DNA of 64,000 bases from the NCBI GenBank assembly GCA_937903605.1, contig CALCZC010000028.1, forward strand, positions 70,680 to 134,679. The letters are read 5' to 3'. The first letter of the stretch is position 1. Each line of letters starts with the position of its first letter. The DNA is from an uncultured bacterium. Its GTDB lineage: Bacteria > Patescibacteriota > Patescibacteriia > Magasanikbacterales > GWA2-37-8. Positions 1 to 8,277 of the stretch are shown piece by piece. A program made the position numbers and the translations under genes. Under the pieces are notes generated by a model. The model ran no database searches, was not told the origin of the DNA, and saw nothing but the letters and a program-made list of their open reading frames with translations.

Positions 1-648
1 ATCTTCCCCTATCAAACTATTGAAAAGTGTAGATTTTCCAACATTTGGTTTTCCAATCAGAGCTACTTTTATCGGGTTAAAATCTTTTTCTTGTTTCGGG
101 CGAATTTTTGTTTTATTGAGTTGTTTATAAAGTAGATCCAAAAAATCTCCGATATTACTGCCATTACCTGCGGAAACCGGAACTGGTTCTCCTAAACCAA
201 GTTTGAGCCAATCTCCGTCATGGGCACGTAAACGAAAAGACGCATTGTCGGCTTTGTTGGCTACTAAAATAACTGGTTTATTTTTTGCTTTTTGTCTGAG
301 GTGGCGGGCCAATTCTTTTTCTTGCGGTAAAAGTTCATCCTGAATATCTACGACAAAAACTATCACATCGGCTTCGTTTAGAGCAATTTCGGTTTGGGTT
401 ATAATCTCTTTTTCCAAAGGAACATTTTCATCAAAAGTAAGTCCGCCAGTGTCAATCAAGCGAAATTGTTTGCCGCGCCAAGAAGCAGTGCCGATGTTAC
501 GAGTGCGTGTGGTGCCGGGAATATTGGAAACTAGAGCATGTGCTGTTTCAGTGATTTTATTAAAAAGTGTGGATTTGCCAACATTAACTCTCCCGACCAA
601 AGCAACGGCAGGTAAATTTGTATTTATAATTTTTGCGGGAGTAGACAT
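1..648 (-). CDS. der: GTPase Der/EngA, N-terminal part (gene continues beyond window start)
   Basis: Reverse-strand translation from ATG at 648 gives MSTPAKIINTNLPAVALVGRVNVGKSTLFNKI...TGGL, then a second G-domain start IKVALIGKPNVGKSTLFNSLIGE. Two tandem P-loop GTPase domains are the Der hallmark. Confidence 0.85.
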   Translation of the reverse strand, partial: MSTPAKIINTNLPAVALVGRVNVGKSTLFNKITETAHALVSNIPGTTRTRNIGTASWRGKQFRLIDTGGLTFDENVPLEKEIITQTEIALNEADVIVFVVDIQDELLPQEKELARHLRQKAKNKPVILVANKADNASFRLRAHDGDWLKLGLGEPVPVSAGNGSNIGDFLDLLYKQLNKTKIRPKQEKDFNPIKVALIGKPNVGKSTLFNSLIGED

Positions 649-654
649 ATAACC

Positions 655-732
655 AATTTTTAATTTTTAATTTTCAATTTTTAATTCCGCAGGTTCGTAA
701 TTTCGTAGTATTTTCGTAGTTCGTAGGTAATT
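655..732. repeat. short tandem low-complexity repeats (AATTTTT x4; TTCGTAG x4) in der/LCP intergenic spacer
   Basis: Direct reading: aatttttaatttttaattttcaatttttaatt followed by ttcgtaatttcgtagtattttcgtagttcgtagg. Confidence 0.5.
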
Positions 733-2292
733 TTATTCTTTCGCATCCGTGCCAAGAACGATAAGAATATCAGAAATTAGCGGATTTGTCAAGGTTTTTT
801 CTTCGTTTTCTTCATCTTCCAATCCCTCGTAATTATTGGGTAAACTAGAAGTAGGGGTAGAAAATTTTACCAAATACCATTGGGGTAATGAACTTACTAT
901 TTTACCTGGTATTTCTTTGGTTAAAGCATCCAAAATTTCTTGTTGTAAATCTTTTGTAGCCAAATAAATTGTAGTTTTTTCTACTGGTCTATTATCAGCA
1001 TTACCGACATTGATCACGTTAAACCCTTCGTCGCTAAGTTTACTTTGATAACGAGAAGCTAGACCAGCACGCCAGGTGCCATTATAAATTTCTATTTTTA
1101 CATTTGGCCAAATAGGAATAGTGTGGCGTTTGTCGGTAGAGGAAACATTATCTTTTTCTTCGTTAAACTTATAGACAGACTCATCATTGATAACCGCTGT
1201 CCAATTGGGAGTAGTAGTAACATTAAGAAATATTTTGGCGATGGCATAATTGATATAATCCATTTTTCCGCCACGCGGAGCCAACATAAATGCTCCGTTG
1301 TTACCAATATATGGAACAGTAAAACCATTTATTCCACTATCAAGTACCAGATTTTTTACATCATCTGTTCCGGTATTTTTTACCAAATTTCCCAAATAAA
1401 TAATTTGTCCAATATTTAGATTGGTTTTGATATGGGCGGCAAGCGAATCAAAAATTTCTTTGACTTTTATGGGATTGCTATAAGTTTCAAAAGATAATAG
1501 TTTGTCTTTGAGTAAAGACATGATTTGTTGTTGACGACGAGATCTGGCAAAATCAGAATTTTCACCATTGGTGCCATGTCGAGAACGAGAGTAAATCAAG
1601 GCTCTGGCTCCATCCATCAATTCTGTTCCTTTTATAAATTCTATGGTTTGATAAGAATAATTTGGACCGGGATAAGCTTGATCGACAAATGAATTTTTTA
1701 TTTCAACATCAAGTCCGCCAACTAAGTTTATTATTTCTTCAAAAGCTTTGAAATCAACACGTACATAATAGGGGATAGAAATTCCAAAATTTTCTTCAAA
1801 TACTTTTCGCGCATATTCACCGCCTTGTCCGGGGGTAATCATTTCACCCAAAGCGCTAGCATAATTTATTTTATTGATACCTTTATCCGCGATTTGTACA
1901 GCCAAATCGCGCGGAATAGAAACCATGGCCACTTCTTTGGTGCTGGGTTTGATGCTGACGATGATATTGGTATCGGATAGATAAGGTCCGTCGTGACCTT
2001 CTCCGCCGATACCGAGTAATAAAATATTTATACGATCCTCTTTTTGACCTTCTAGTAGTTCATTATTGTGAAATAATAGATTTTTAACCGAAGAAAAAAT
2101 TCCGAATTTTTTCGGTTCCAATATTTCCAAACCGCCATTTTTAGCGGTTTTGATATTTTGATAAGCCAGAAAAGAAAGTAAAACTAAAAAAATACCGGTC
2201 AGTAAATACCAGAGCCAAATTTTTTTAGGTTTTTTTAAAGTAAAACCGCCGATTTTTTCCTCTAGAATCGGCTTTTCTTCATTACTTTCCAT
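733..2292 (-). CDS. LytR-Cps2A-Psr (LCP) family cell-envelope transferase, N-terminal TM anchor
   Basis: INILLLGIGGEGHDGPYLSDTNIIVSIKPSTKEVAMVSIPRDL motif block typical of LCP. TM helix WLWYLLTGIFLVLLSFLAY. Start likely ATG at 2292 (MESNEEKP); the ORF track extends to 2316. Confidence 0.8.
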   Translation of the reverse strand: MESNEEKPILEEKIGGFTLKKPKKIWLWYLLTGIFLVLLSFLAYQNIKTAKNGGLEILEPKKFGIFSSVKNLLFHNNELLEGQKEDRINILLLGIGGEGHDGPYLSDTNIIVSIKPSTKEVAMVSIPRDLAVQIADKGINKINYASALGEMITPGQGGEYARKVFEENFGISIPYYVRVDFKAFEEIINLVGGLDVEIKNSFVDQAYPGPNYSYQTIEFIKGTELMDGARALIYSRSRHGTNGENSDFARSRRQQQIMSLLKDKLLSFETYSNPIKVKEIFDSLAAHIKTNLNIGQIIYLGNLVKNTGTDDVKNLVLDSGINGFTVPYIGNNGAFMLAPRGGKMDYINYAIAKIFLNVTTTPNWTAVINDESVYKFNEEKDNVSSTDKRHTIPIWPNVKIEIYNGTWRAGLASRYQSKLSDEGFNVINVGNADNRPVEKTTIYLATKDLQQEILDALTKEIPGKIVSSLPQWYLVKFSTPTSSLPNNYEGLEDEENEEKTLTNPLISDILIVLGTDAKE

Positions 2293-2558
2293 ACGAAAAT
2301 GATTATAACACAGCAAATTTTTTAATTCAACCCTATTGATTTAAGCCAAAAAATCCTATTGATAACTTTTTGGTGATGTGTTAAAATTAGGTAGAGAAGG
2401 GGGTTTTTGTTTTTATAACCAGAGGAGCAAAATAGGATTCATAGCCTGCCTGCCGGCAGGCAGGCTCAGTGGTTACCAACCCGAACGTACCATTCGGTGC
2501 GGACGGGGAGCGCTGCAACCTTAAATAATAATGAAGTCTGGAGGGAATGAATTATTCT

Positions 2559-2632
2559 GGATGATTAGCTCAGTTGGTTAGAGTGTTGCATTCACATTGC
2601 AAAGGTCACTGGTTCGAATCCAGTATCATCCA
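2559..2632 (+). tRNA. tRNA-Val (anticodon CAC)
   Basis: GGATGAT acceptor pairs with ATCATCC. D-arm GCTCAGTTGGTTAGAGT. Anticodon stem TTGCA/TGCAA with loop TTCACAT. T-arm GGTTCGAATCC. Confidence 0.8.
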
Positions 2633-2647
2633 CATAAATATTTAAAT

Positions 2648-3154
2648 ATGTCACAAGATTTAACCAAAGAACAAGTCAATTTTGGAGAAATAGTCTTCTC
2701 TTGGAGTTTCAAAGAATATGAAAAACACGTACGTTCAACTCGTTGGTATTGGCTGATGAGTATTATTGGTTTGGCGATGCTAATTTTTGCGATTCTATCA
2801 CAAAATTATTTGTTTGCGATTATTATAGTTTTGTTTTCCATTATTATTTTTTTGCAGGATAAAAACGATCCCATTGAAATACCTTTTGCCATTGCAGAAA
2901 CAGGCATCATTATAGGTAATAAATATTATAGATTTAGCGAATTAAAAGATTTTTGGGTTATCTACAATCCGCCGGAAGTGAAAGTTTTATATTTTGGTCT
3001 TAAAGAGGTTTTTAAACACCGTTTACATATACCTCTGGGCGATATTGATCCCAGGCCAATTCACGAATATATTAGTCGATTTGTAACTGAAAATTTGGAA
3101 GAGGAAGACGAACCGTTTTCCGATAAAATGGGTCGCCTCTTGAAATTACATTAA
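2648..3154 (+). CDS. hypothetical membrane protein (two TM helices)
   Basis: ORF MSQDLTKEQ... with hydrophobic stretch WYWLMSIIGLAMLIFAILSQNYLFAIIIVLFSIIIF. The ORF-track start at 2597 overlaps the tRNA, so the ATG at 2648 is preferred. Confidence 0.55.
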   Translation: MSQDLTKEQVNFGEIVFSWSFKEYEKHVRSTRWYWLMSIIGLAMLIFAILSQNYLFAIIIVLFSIIIFLQDKNDPIEIPFAIAETGIIIGNKYYRFSELKDFWVIYNPPEVKVLYFGLKEVFKHRLHIPLGDIDPRPIHEYISRFVTENLEEEDEPFSDKMGRLLKLH

Positions 3155-3222
3155 AATTGTGCTAAGATAAACACGCTCCAAAAATAGGTGCTTAAAAGCA
3201 TCTATTTTTAAGCCAAAATTTT

Positions 3223-3294
3223 GGTCTCGTCGTTCAACGGATAGGACGCAAGCTTGCGGAGCTTGCAATCTAGGTTCGATTCCTAGCGAGATCA
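3223..3294 (+). tRNA. tRNA-Arg (anticodon read as GCG; unusual, verify)
   Basis: Acceptor GGTCTCG/CGAGATC (one GU pair). D-arm GTTC..GGAC. Anticodon stem CAAGC/GCTTG with loop TTGCGGA. T-arm CTAGGTTCGATTCCTAG. Confidence 0.7.
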
Positions 3295-3298
3295 CAAA

Positions 3299-3340
3299 AA
3301 TAATACCGCCCAAATAGGGGCGGTATTATTTTTGTTTTTC
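3299..3340 (+). terminator. rho-independent terminator (perfect palindrome AATACCGCCC-AAATAG-GGGCGGTATT plus T-run), bidirectional
   Basis: Sequence aaaataataccgcccaaataggggcggtattatttttgttttt directly after tRNA-Arg. Confidence 0.7.
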
Positions 3341-3362
3341 TCTCGCTCGGAGTCGAACTTGA
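3341..3362 (-). repeat. inverted partial copy of a tRNA 3' half (T-arm plus acceptor); right arm of an extended palindrome centred on the tRNA-Arg terminator
   Basis: Reverse complement is AAGTTCGACTCCGAGCGAGAGA, against tRNA-Arg GGTTCGATTCCTAGCGAGATCA. Confidence 0.5.
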
Positions 3363-3368
3363 AAGGGT

Positions 3369-3977
3369 TTAAAGTTCTTCCAAAAATTTATTTAAGTGAG
3401 TTAGAGTATCTGATTTTTGATTTACTTTTAAAGCGTTGCCCCCCAATCTAGAAAACACTTCGCAAGTATTTGCCGAATCTTCAATTAAATAAGCATCTGA
3501 TATTTTGCTGTTAAAAGATGTTAAAGAATCAATAAATTGTTTTCCGTTATCATCTGTTTTCAACATGCCGGTGTCATAAGAATTAATCACATGATCAAAT
3601 AATTTATCTAATTTTAAAGAGGGGACAGTAAAACGACTAAAACAATCCATATTGCCGGTAATAAGAACAGCATGATGTTTTTTTCTTAATTTTTGGATTA
3701 TTTCAATTGTTTTATTATCTACTTTCATTTTTTGGCAATCTGAGACAAACGATTCCCAAACTTCCTTTTCAGGTAAGTTGGCCCTCTCGCTTAATAATTT
3801 ATTAATTTCCTCCGAAGTATGTTTGCCTCGCATCCAATTTTTTATCATTTCTTTTTCCGTAACAAAAAAATCGGCCACAACCTGAGAAAATGTGGGGTTT
3901 TTTGCGCTTAAAGTTTCCCAGAAACGGGAAAAACAAAGCGTGCCGTCCCAATCTATAAAAACTACTTTTCTTTTCAT
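3369..3977 (-). CDS. HAD-superfamily hydrolase-like protein
   Basis: N-terminal FIDWDGTL (DxDGT motif I of HAD hydrolases). 202 aa. Confidence 0.65.
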   Translation of the reverse strand: MKRKVVFIDWDGTLCFSRFWETLSAKNPTFSQVVADFFVTEKEMIKNWMRGKHTSEEINKLLSERANLPEKEVWESFVSDCQKMKVDNKTIEIIQKLRKKHHAVLITGNMDCFSRFTVPSLKLDKLFDHVINSYDTGMLKTDDNGKQFIDSLTSFNSKISDAYLIEDSANTCEVFSRLGGNALKVNQKSDTLTHLNKFLEEL

Positions 3978-4172
3978 ATCTTTTATTATATCACGATAGT
4001 GCCCTTTAGCGTCTCATTTGCCTCATTTTTAATCGTTTTTTGGCTAATCTTAGACCCCGACCGAGGTGCTTAGCAAAATAAAATGAGACATATCCAAAAA
4101 AGCTCTCAACACATTGATTTTTACCTGTTCTAGACCGTAGTAGTTCATATAATTAAAATCGCCTAGTTTGTG

Positions 4173-4216
4173 GACGGTTTTATTTTTGTTTTTTCTCGAT
4201 AGGAATCGAACTTTTT
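4173..4216 (-). repeat. second copy of the tRNA-Arg trailer/3'-half-like unit, direct repeat of 3318-3362
   Basis: ggacggttttatttttgttttttctcgataggaatcgaactt versus ggcggtattatttttgtttttctctcgctcggagtcgaactt, about 80% identity. Reverse complement GTTCGATTCCTATCGAGA matches the tRNA-Arg T-arm/acceptor at 17 of 18 positions. Confidence 0.5.
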
Positions 4217-4252
4217 ATTTCAATTCTTTATGCTATAATATCAGCAGTAAAT

Positions 4253-6361
4253 ATGCTTTTATCCACCCCTGTTTCTCAATTGAATAAAGTCGGGAAAAAG
4301 ACCGCCGGCCATCTCAAACGTCTCAACATCAAAAATGTCGGAGATCTTTTGTCATACTTTCCTTTCCGCTACGAAGATTACCGCCAGATTTACAAAATAC
4401 GAGATTTACAAGAGGGGATGACTGCTACGGTTTTGGCGCGAGTGGAATTTATAAATAGTAAAAGAAGTAGACGACGTGGAAAAAACATTACTGAGGCTAT
4501 GGTGGGTGATGACAGCGGGTCTTTGCGCTTGATTTGGTTTAACCAACCGTATATTGCCAAGATTTTGCAAACAGGGGATCAAATATATTTATCCGGTAAA
4601 ATAAGCTCTGACATTTTTGGGGTCAAAATGAACAGTCCCCAATACGAGAAATTTAAAGAACGCCAAGCGCACACCGCGAGATTAGTGCCTATGTATCCGC
4701 TAACCCACGGTGTATCACAAAAACAGATGCGATTTTTGATGGAGCAGGTCTTACCTTTGACAGATAAAATGAAGGATTGGCTTCCTGAAAAGTTTATTGA
4801 AAAATATGATTTTGTACCTTTATCCGGAGCGGTGCGCGGAATTCATTTTCCAAACGATGAAATTGAACTAAAACAAAGCACAGACAGATTAAAATTCAAT
4901 GAATTGTTGCTTTTACAACTCAAAGCTGAAATCACGCGCGCTAGCAGGGCAAAAAGAAACGCGCCAAAGATGGAGTTTTTTGAAAACGAAATAAAAAATT
5001 TTGTTTTGGGTTTGCCTTATAAATTAACTGATACACAAAGAAGATCAGCCTGGGAGATTTTACAGGATTTACAAAAAGATATACCTATGAACAGATTACT
5101 TTCTGGAGATGTAGGTTCGGGAAAAACAATAGTGGCCGGTATTTGCTTGCTCAATGTGATTTTAAATGGTTATCAAGGTGTTTTGATGGCACCCACTGAA
5201 ATATTGGCCAATCAGCACTACAATACTCTTTGTAAATTACTTGGCGACAAAGTAAAAATCGCGATTTTAACAAATTCTAAATCTGAAATCATAAATCATC
5301 AATCTAAAATTGGGACAAAATTAGGCCAGAAGAAAGAAGTACTTGATAAGATTGGGCATGGTGAAGTAGACATCGTTGTCGGTACCCATGCACTGCTCGG
5401 TGACAAGGTGGGTTTTTCCAAATTGGGCATGGTGGTGGTGGATGAGCAACACCGATTCGGAGTAAATCAGAGAAAAACCATTAAAGAAAAAAGCGAAGGC
5501 ACGCATTTTTTGAGCATGACGGCTACGCCGATACCGCGATCTTTCGCTCTGATGGTTTATGGCGACTTGGATGTTTCTATTATTTCGCAAATGCCAATGG
5601 GGCGAAAAAAAATATTGACCAGGTTGGTGGAGGAGCATAACCGCCAAAAGGCTTATGAATTTATTCGCACCCAAGTGAAGCAGGGAAGGCAGGTTTTCGT
5701 GATTTGTCCGCTTATTGAAGAAAAAAAGAAAGAAGATGAAATAGAAATAACCAACTATCGTCCGGTTTGGAGCGCGTTGCTCGAGAAAAAAAGTGTGGTA
5801 AAAGAATTTGAAAAATTAAGCAAGACAGTGTTTCCCGATTTGAAAGTTGTTTATTTACACGGCAAAATGAAAACTGATGAAAAGGACGCGGTTATGGAAA
5901 AGTTTAAAAACAAAGAAGCTGATATTTTGGTGTCTACTTCCGTGGTGGAAGTCGGAGTGGATATTCCAAATGCTACGGTAATGATGATAGAAAATGCGGA
6001 AAGATTCGGATTGGCACAGTTGCATCAATTCCGCGGACGCGTCGGCAGGAGTGCTTACCAGTCGTATTGTTTTCTATTTACCCAAAACAGCGGACAAAAA
6101 GTTTCAGAACGTTTAAAATATTTTGAAAAAGAAAACAGCGGTTTCAAATTGGCGGAAAAGGATTTGGAAATTAGAGGGCCCGGTGATGTTTACGGTACAG
6201 CGCAAAGCGGAGAGGAAAATTTGCGTTTAGCTAAGCTTACTGATCAAGAATTGGTAAAAAAAGCGCGCGAAGTTGCCCGTGATATTGCGGTTGATTTTGA
6301 AAAATATCCGATTATAAAAAAGAAATTTTTTTCTTGGGAGAAAAGTGTACACTTAGAATAA
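4253..6361 (+). CDS. recG: ATP-dependent DNA helicase RecG
   Basis: N-terminal wedge/OB region. Helicase motifs GDVGSGKT, VVDEQHRFGV, MTATPIPRS, QLHQFRGRVGR. 702 aa. Confidence 0.9.
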   Translation: MLLSTPVSQLNKVGKKTAGHLKRLNIKNVGDLLSYFPFRYEDYRQIYKIRDLQEGMTATVLARVEFINSKRSRRRGKNITEAMVGDDSGSLRLIWFNQPYIAKILQTGDQIYLSGKISSDIFGVKMNSPQYEKFKERQAHTARLVPMYPLTHGVSQKQMRFLMEQVLPLTDKMKDWLPEKFIEKYDFVPLSGAVRGIHFPNDEIELKQSTDRLKFNELLLLQLKAEITRASRAKRNAPKMEFFENEIKNFVLGLPYKLTDTQRRSAWEILQDLQKDIPMNRLLSGDVGSGKTIVAGICLLNVILNGYQGVLMAPTEILANQHYNTLCKLLGDKVKIAILTNSKSEIINHQSKIGTKLGQKKEVLDKIGHGEVDIVVGTHALLGDKVGFSKLGMVVVDEQHRFGVNQRKTIKEKSEGTHFLSMTATPIPRSFALMVYGDLDVSIISQMPMGRKKILTRLVEEHNRQKAYEFIRTQVKQGRQVFVICPLIEEKKKEDEIEITNYRPVWSALLEKKSVVKEFEKLSKTVFPDLKVVYLHGKMKTDEKDAVMEKFKNKEADILVSTSVVEVGVDIPNATVMMIENAERFGLAQLHQFRGRVGRSAYQSYCFLFTQNSGQKVSERLKYFEKENSGFKLAEKDLEIRGPGDVYGTAQSGEENLRLAKLTDQELVKKAREVARDIAVDFEKYPIIKKKFFSWEKSVHLE

Positions 6362-6403
6362 TGTCCATTGTCATTCCTGCGAAAAAAGGAATAACAAGAT
6401 TTG

Positions 6404-6435
6404 TTAATAAAGCCCTTGAACTATCAAGGGTTTTA
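6404..6435 (+). terminator. rho-independent terminator after recG
   Basis: gcccttgaactatcaagggttttatgtt: stem CCCTTGA/TCAAGGG then a T-run. Confidence 0.6.
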
Positions 6436-6469
6436 TGTTAGAGTATTTGCGGTTCATTATTGTTTTTTA

Positions 6470-6900
6470 ATGGAGGCGGTTTATGCCAAGAGGTTCTGAA
6501 ATTTCCACTGCGGCCGAGGCGGTAGATGCTTTGTTCAAAAAAGCTTCTCCGTGCCGGCACCGCGAGTTGAAGGGAAAAGAAGCTGCATGCCATTTGACCC
6601 AGGTCGGAGCTATTGCCGAGTTTGTCGGCGAAGCTTCTGATTTGAAGGTCATTCCCGAAGGGGAAGTGACCGTCATGTTCTTTGACGGTTCCAAGGCCAG
6701 GCTTTTTTTCAGAAATTTGGTCTGCACAAGTGTCCAGGTGCTCGAAATGGGTACCCCGCCGAAGGAATTTTCGGACAAAGGGAAAAGAAAAGAAGCTGAA
6801 CAACTTTTTTATTTCACTAAACAGCAGGCTATTAAACCCTGCAACTGTTCCAGGTCTCTTCCCGGACTCAAACCCCTCTAACTAGAGGATTATTAGTTAC
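6470..6900 (+). ncRNA. candidate structured non-coding RNA of unknown class (GC-rich, hairpin-dense island ending in a strong terminator)
   Basis: Local GC is far above the window background. Three mutually overlapping ORFs of 100-130 aa on both strands have GC-rich codon usage unlike neighbouring genes. Many hairpins are visible: GTGCCGGCAC; GAAGC...GCTTC enclosing GCCGAgtttgtCGGC; ACCGTCatgttctttGACGGT; CCGAAggaattTTCGG. The 3' end is ACCACCCttgcGGGTGGTTTTTTT at 6872-6898. Confidence 0.3.
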
Positions 6901-6928
6901 TTTAAAACCACCCTTGCGGGTGGTTTTT

Positions 6929-8272
6929 TTATGTATGTTTTATAATTTCTTGAATATTTTTTATTTCCATTATCTTGATTTTATCCGTCGGCTTAAGCTT
7001 GTTTTTTGTTCCCAAATTTGTAATCACCGCTTTCATCCCGAGTTGTTCGCATTCTTTTATTCTTTTTTCCGTATAGGGGACAGGTCTTATTTCACCGTTC
7101 AAACCGACTTCGCCAAAAGATGCCAGGCGCGCATCCAACGGTTTATCTTTGAAGGCGCTTGCAATGGCCAGTGCTGCGGCCAGATCTGCCGCCGGTTCGT
7201 CAGCTGTCAATCCACCAACGACATTTAGGTGAATATCATAAGATTCCAAATTCAGGCCAACTCTTTTTTGCAATACTGCTATCAAAACATGTAAACGATT
7301 GAGGTCAAATCCGCTGGCTTTGCGCACCGGATAACCAAAAGATGTTTTACTAACAAGGGCTTGGATTTCCAGGAGCATGGGACGTGTGCCTTCCATGAGA
7401 CAAGTAATAACATTGCCAGATAAATTTTCTTGTCGTTCGGAAAGGAAAGAAGCAGACGGGTTTTTTACTTCCTCTAATCCGTTTTGCGCCATATTGAAAA
7501 CTCCAACTTCATCCGTACTACCGAAACGATTTTTGACTGTGCGTAAAATGCGATAAAAATGATGGCGATCGCCTTCAAGATAAAGCACTGTATCAACTAA
7601 GTGTTCTAGGGTTTTTGGCCCGGCCACTTCGCCGTCTTTGGTCACATGACCAACTAAAACAATAGCTGTATTAGTAGTTTTGGCTACTTCCATTATTTTG
7701 GTAGCACACACACGAATTTGAGATAAACCACCAGCTTCGCCGTCTGATTCCGCGGAATATATTGTCTGGGCGGAATCAATCACGGCCAAGGTTGGTTTCT
7801 TTTCTTTGAGCGTGGCGATAATTTTTTCTACGTGCGTTTCGTTGGCGAGCATCAGTCCGTTGTTTTTTATATCCAATCTGTCGGCGCGCATTTTTATCTG
7901 TTCAATGGATTCTTCACCGGAAATATAAATAGTGTTTTTTATGGCGTTGGCCAATTGTAGGGCGATGGTGCTTTTGCCTATCCCGGGTTCACCGCCAAGA
8001 AGCACAAAACTTCCCGGAACCAATCCGCCTCCCAAAACTCTATCCATTTCACCAATGCCAGTCGCGATTCTTTTTGTTTCCGAACTCTTAATTTCATTTA
8101 ACGATACTGTTTTGATACTTGGATATGCCACTTCGTCTTTTTGGTCATTGGTCATTGGGGCTTGGGATTTATCGATAGTTCCCCATTTTCCGCATTCCAA
8201 ACAACGCCCAACCCATTTTTGAAATTGTGCGCCGCAATTGGAACAGATAAAAATCGTTTGGTTTTTGGACAT
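6929..8272 (-). CDS. radA: DNA repair protein RadA/Sms
   Basis: N-terminal zinc ribbon CSNCGAQFQKWVGRCLECGKWGT. Walker A GEPGIGKST. KNRFG motif. Lon-like C-terminal domain. ATG for MSKNQ at 8272. Confidence 0.9.
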   Translation of the reverse strand: MSKNQTIFICSNCGAQFQKWVGRCLECGKWGTIDKSQAPMTNDQKDEVAYPSIKTVSLNEIKSSETKRIATGIGEMDRVLGGGLVPGSFVLLGGEPGIGKSTIALQLANAIKNTIYISGEESIEQIKMRADRLDIKNNGLMLANETHVEKIIATLKEKKPTLAVIDSAQTIYSAESDGEAGGLSQIRVCATKIMEVAKTTNTAIVLVGHVTKDGEVAGPKTLEHLVDTVLYLEGDRHHFYRILRTVKNRFGSTDEVGVFNMAQNGLEEVKNPSASFLSERQENLSGNVITCLMEGTRPMLLEIQALVSKTSFGYPVRKASGFDLNRLHVLIAVLQKRVGLNLESYDIHLNVVGGLTADEPAADLAAALAIASAFKDKPLDARLASFGEVGLNGEIRPVPYTEKRIKECEQLGMKAVITNLGTKNKLKPTDKIKIMEIKNIQEIIKHT

Positions 8273-8277
8273 AATAA

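Noticed and set aside
1098-1419. Antisense or embedded small ORFs inside larger genes (for example 1098-1328, 1123-1419, 5321-5674, 7932-8222, 13663-14046, 28050-28586, 29586-30107, 43620-44085, 47523-47933, 54862-55317, 57243-57668)
   Set aside because: All lie wholly within well-supported long genes on the opposite strand or in another frame. None has an RBS or motif. They are typical shadow ORFs.
2597-2647. Upstream extension of the 2648-3154 ORF (ORF-track start at 2597)
   Set aside because: It would overlap the 3' end of tRNA-Val. An in-frame ATG at 2648 just after the tRNA is the plausible start.
6483-6881. 132-aa ORF (and overlapping 121-aa and 103-aa antisense ORFs) as protein-coding genes
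   Set aside because: Three mutually overlapping ORFs on both strands in a GC-rich, hairpin-dense segment. No recognisable protein motifs. Codon usage is unlike all neighbouring genes. Interpreted as an ncRNA candidate instead. The protein alternative is not fully excluded.
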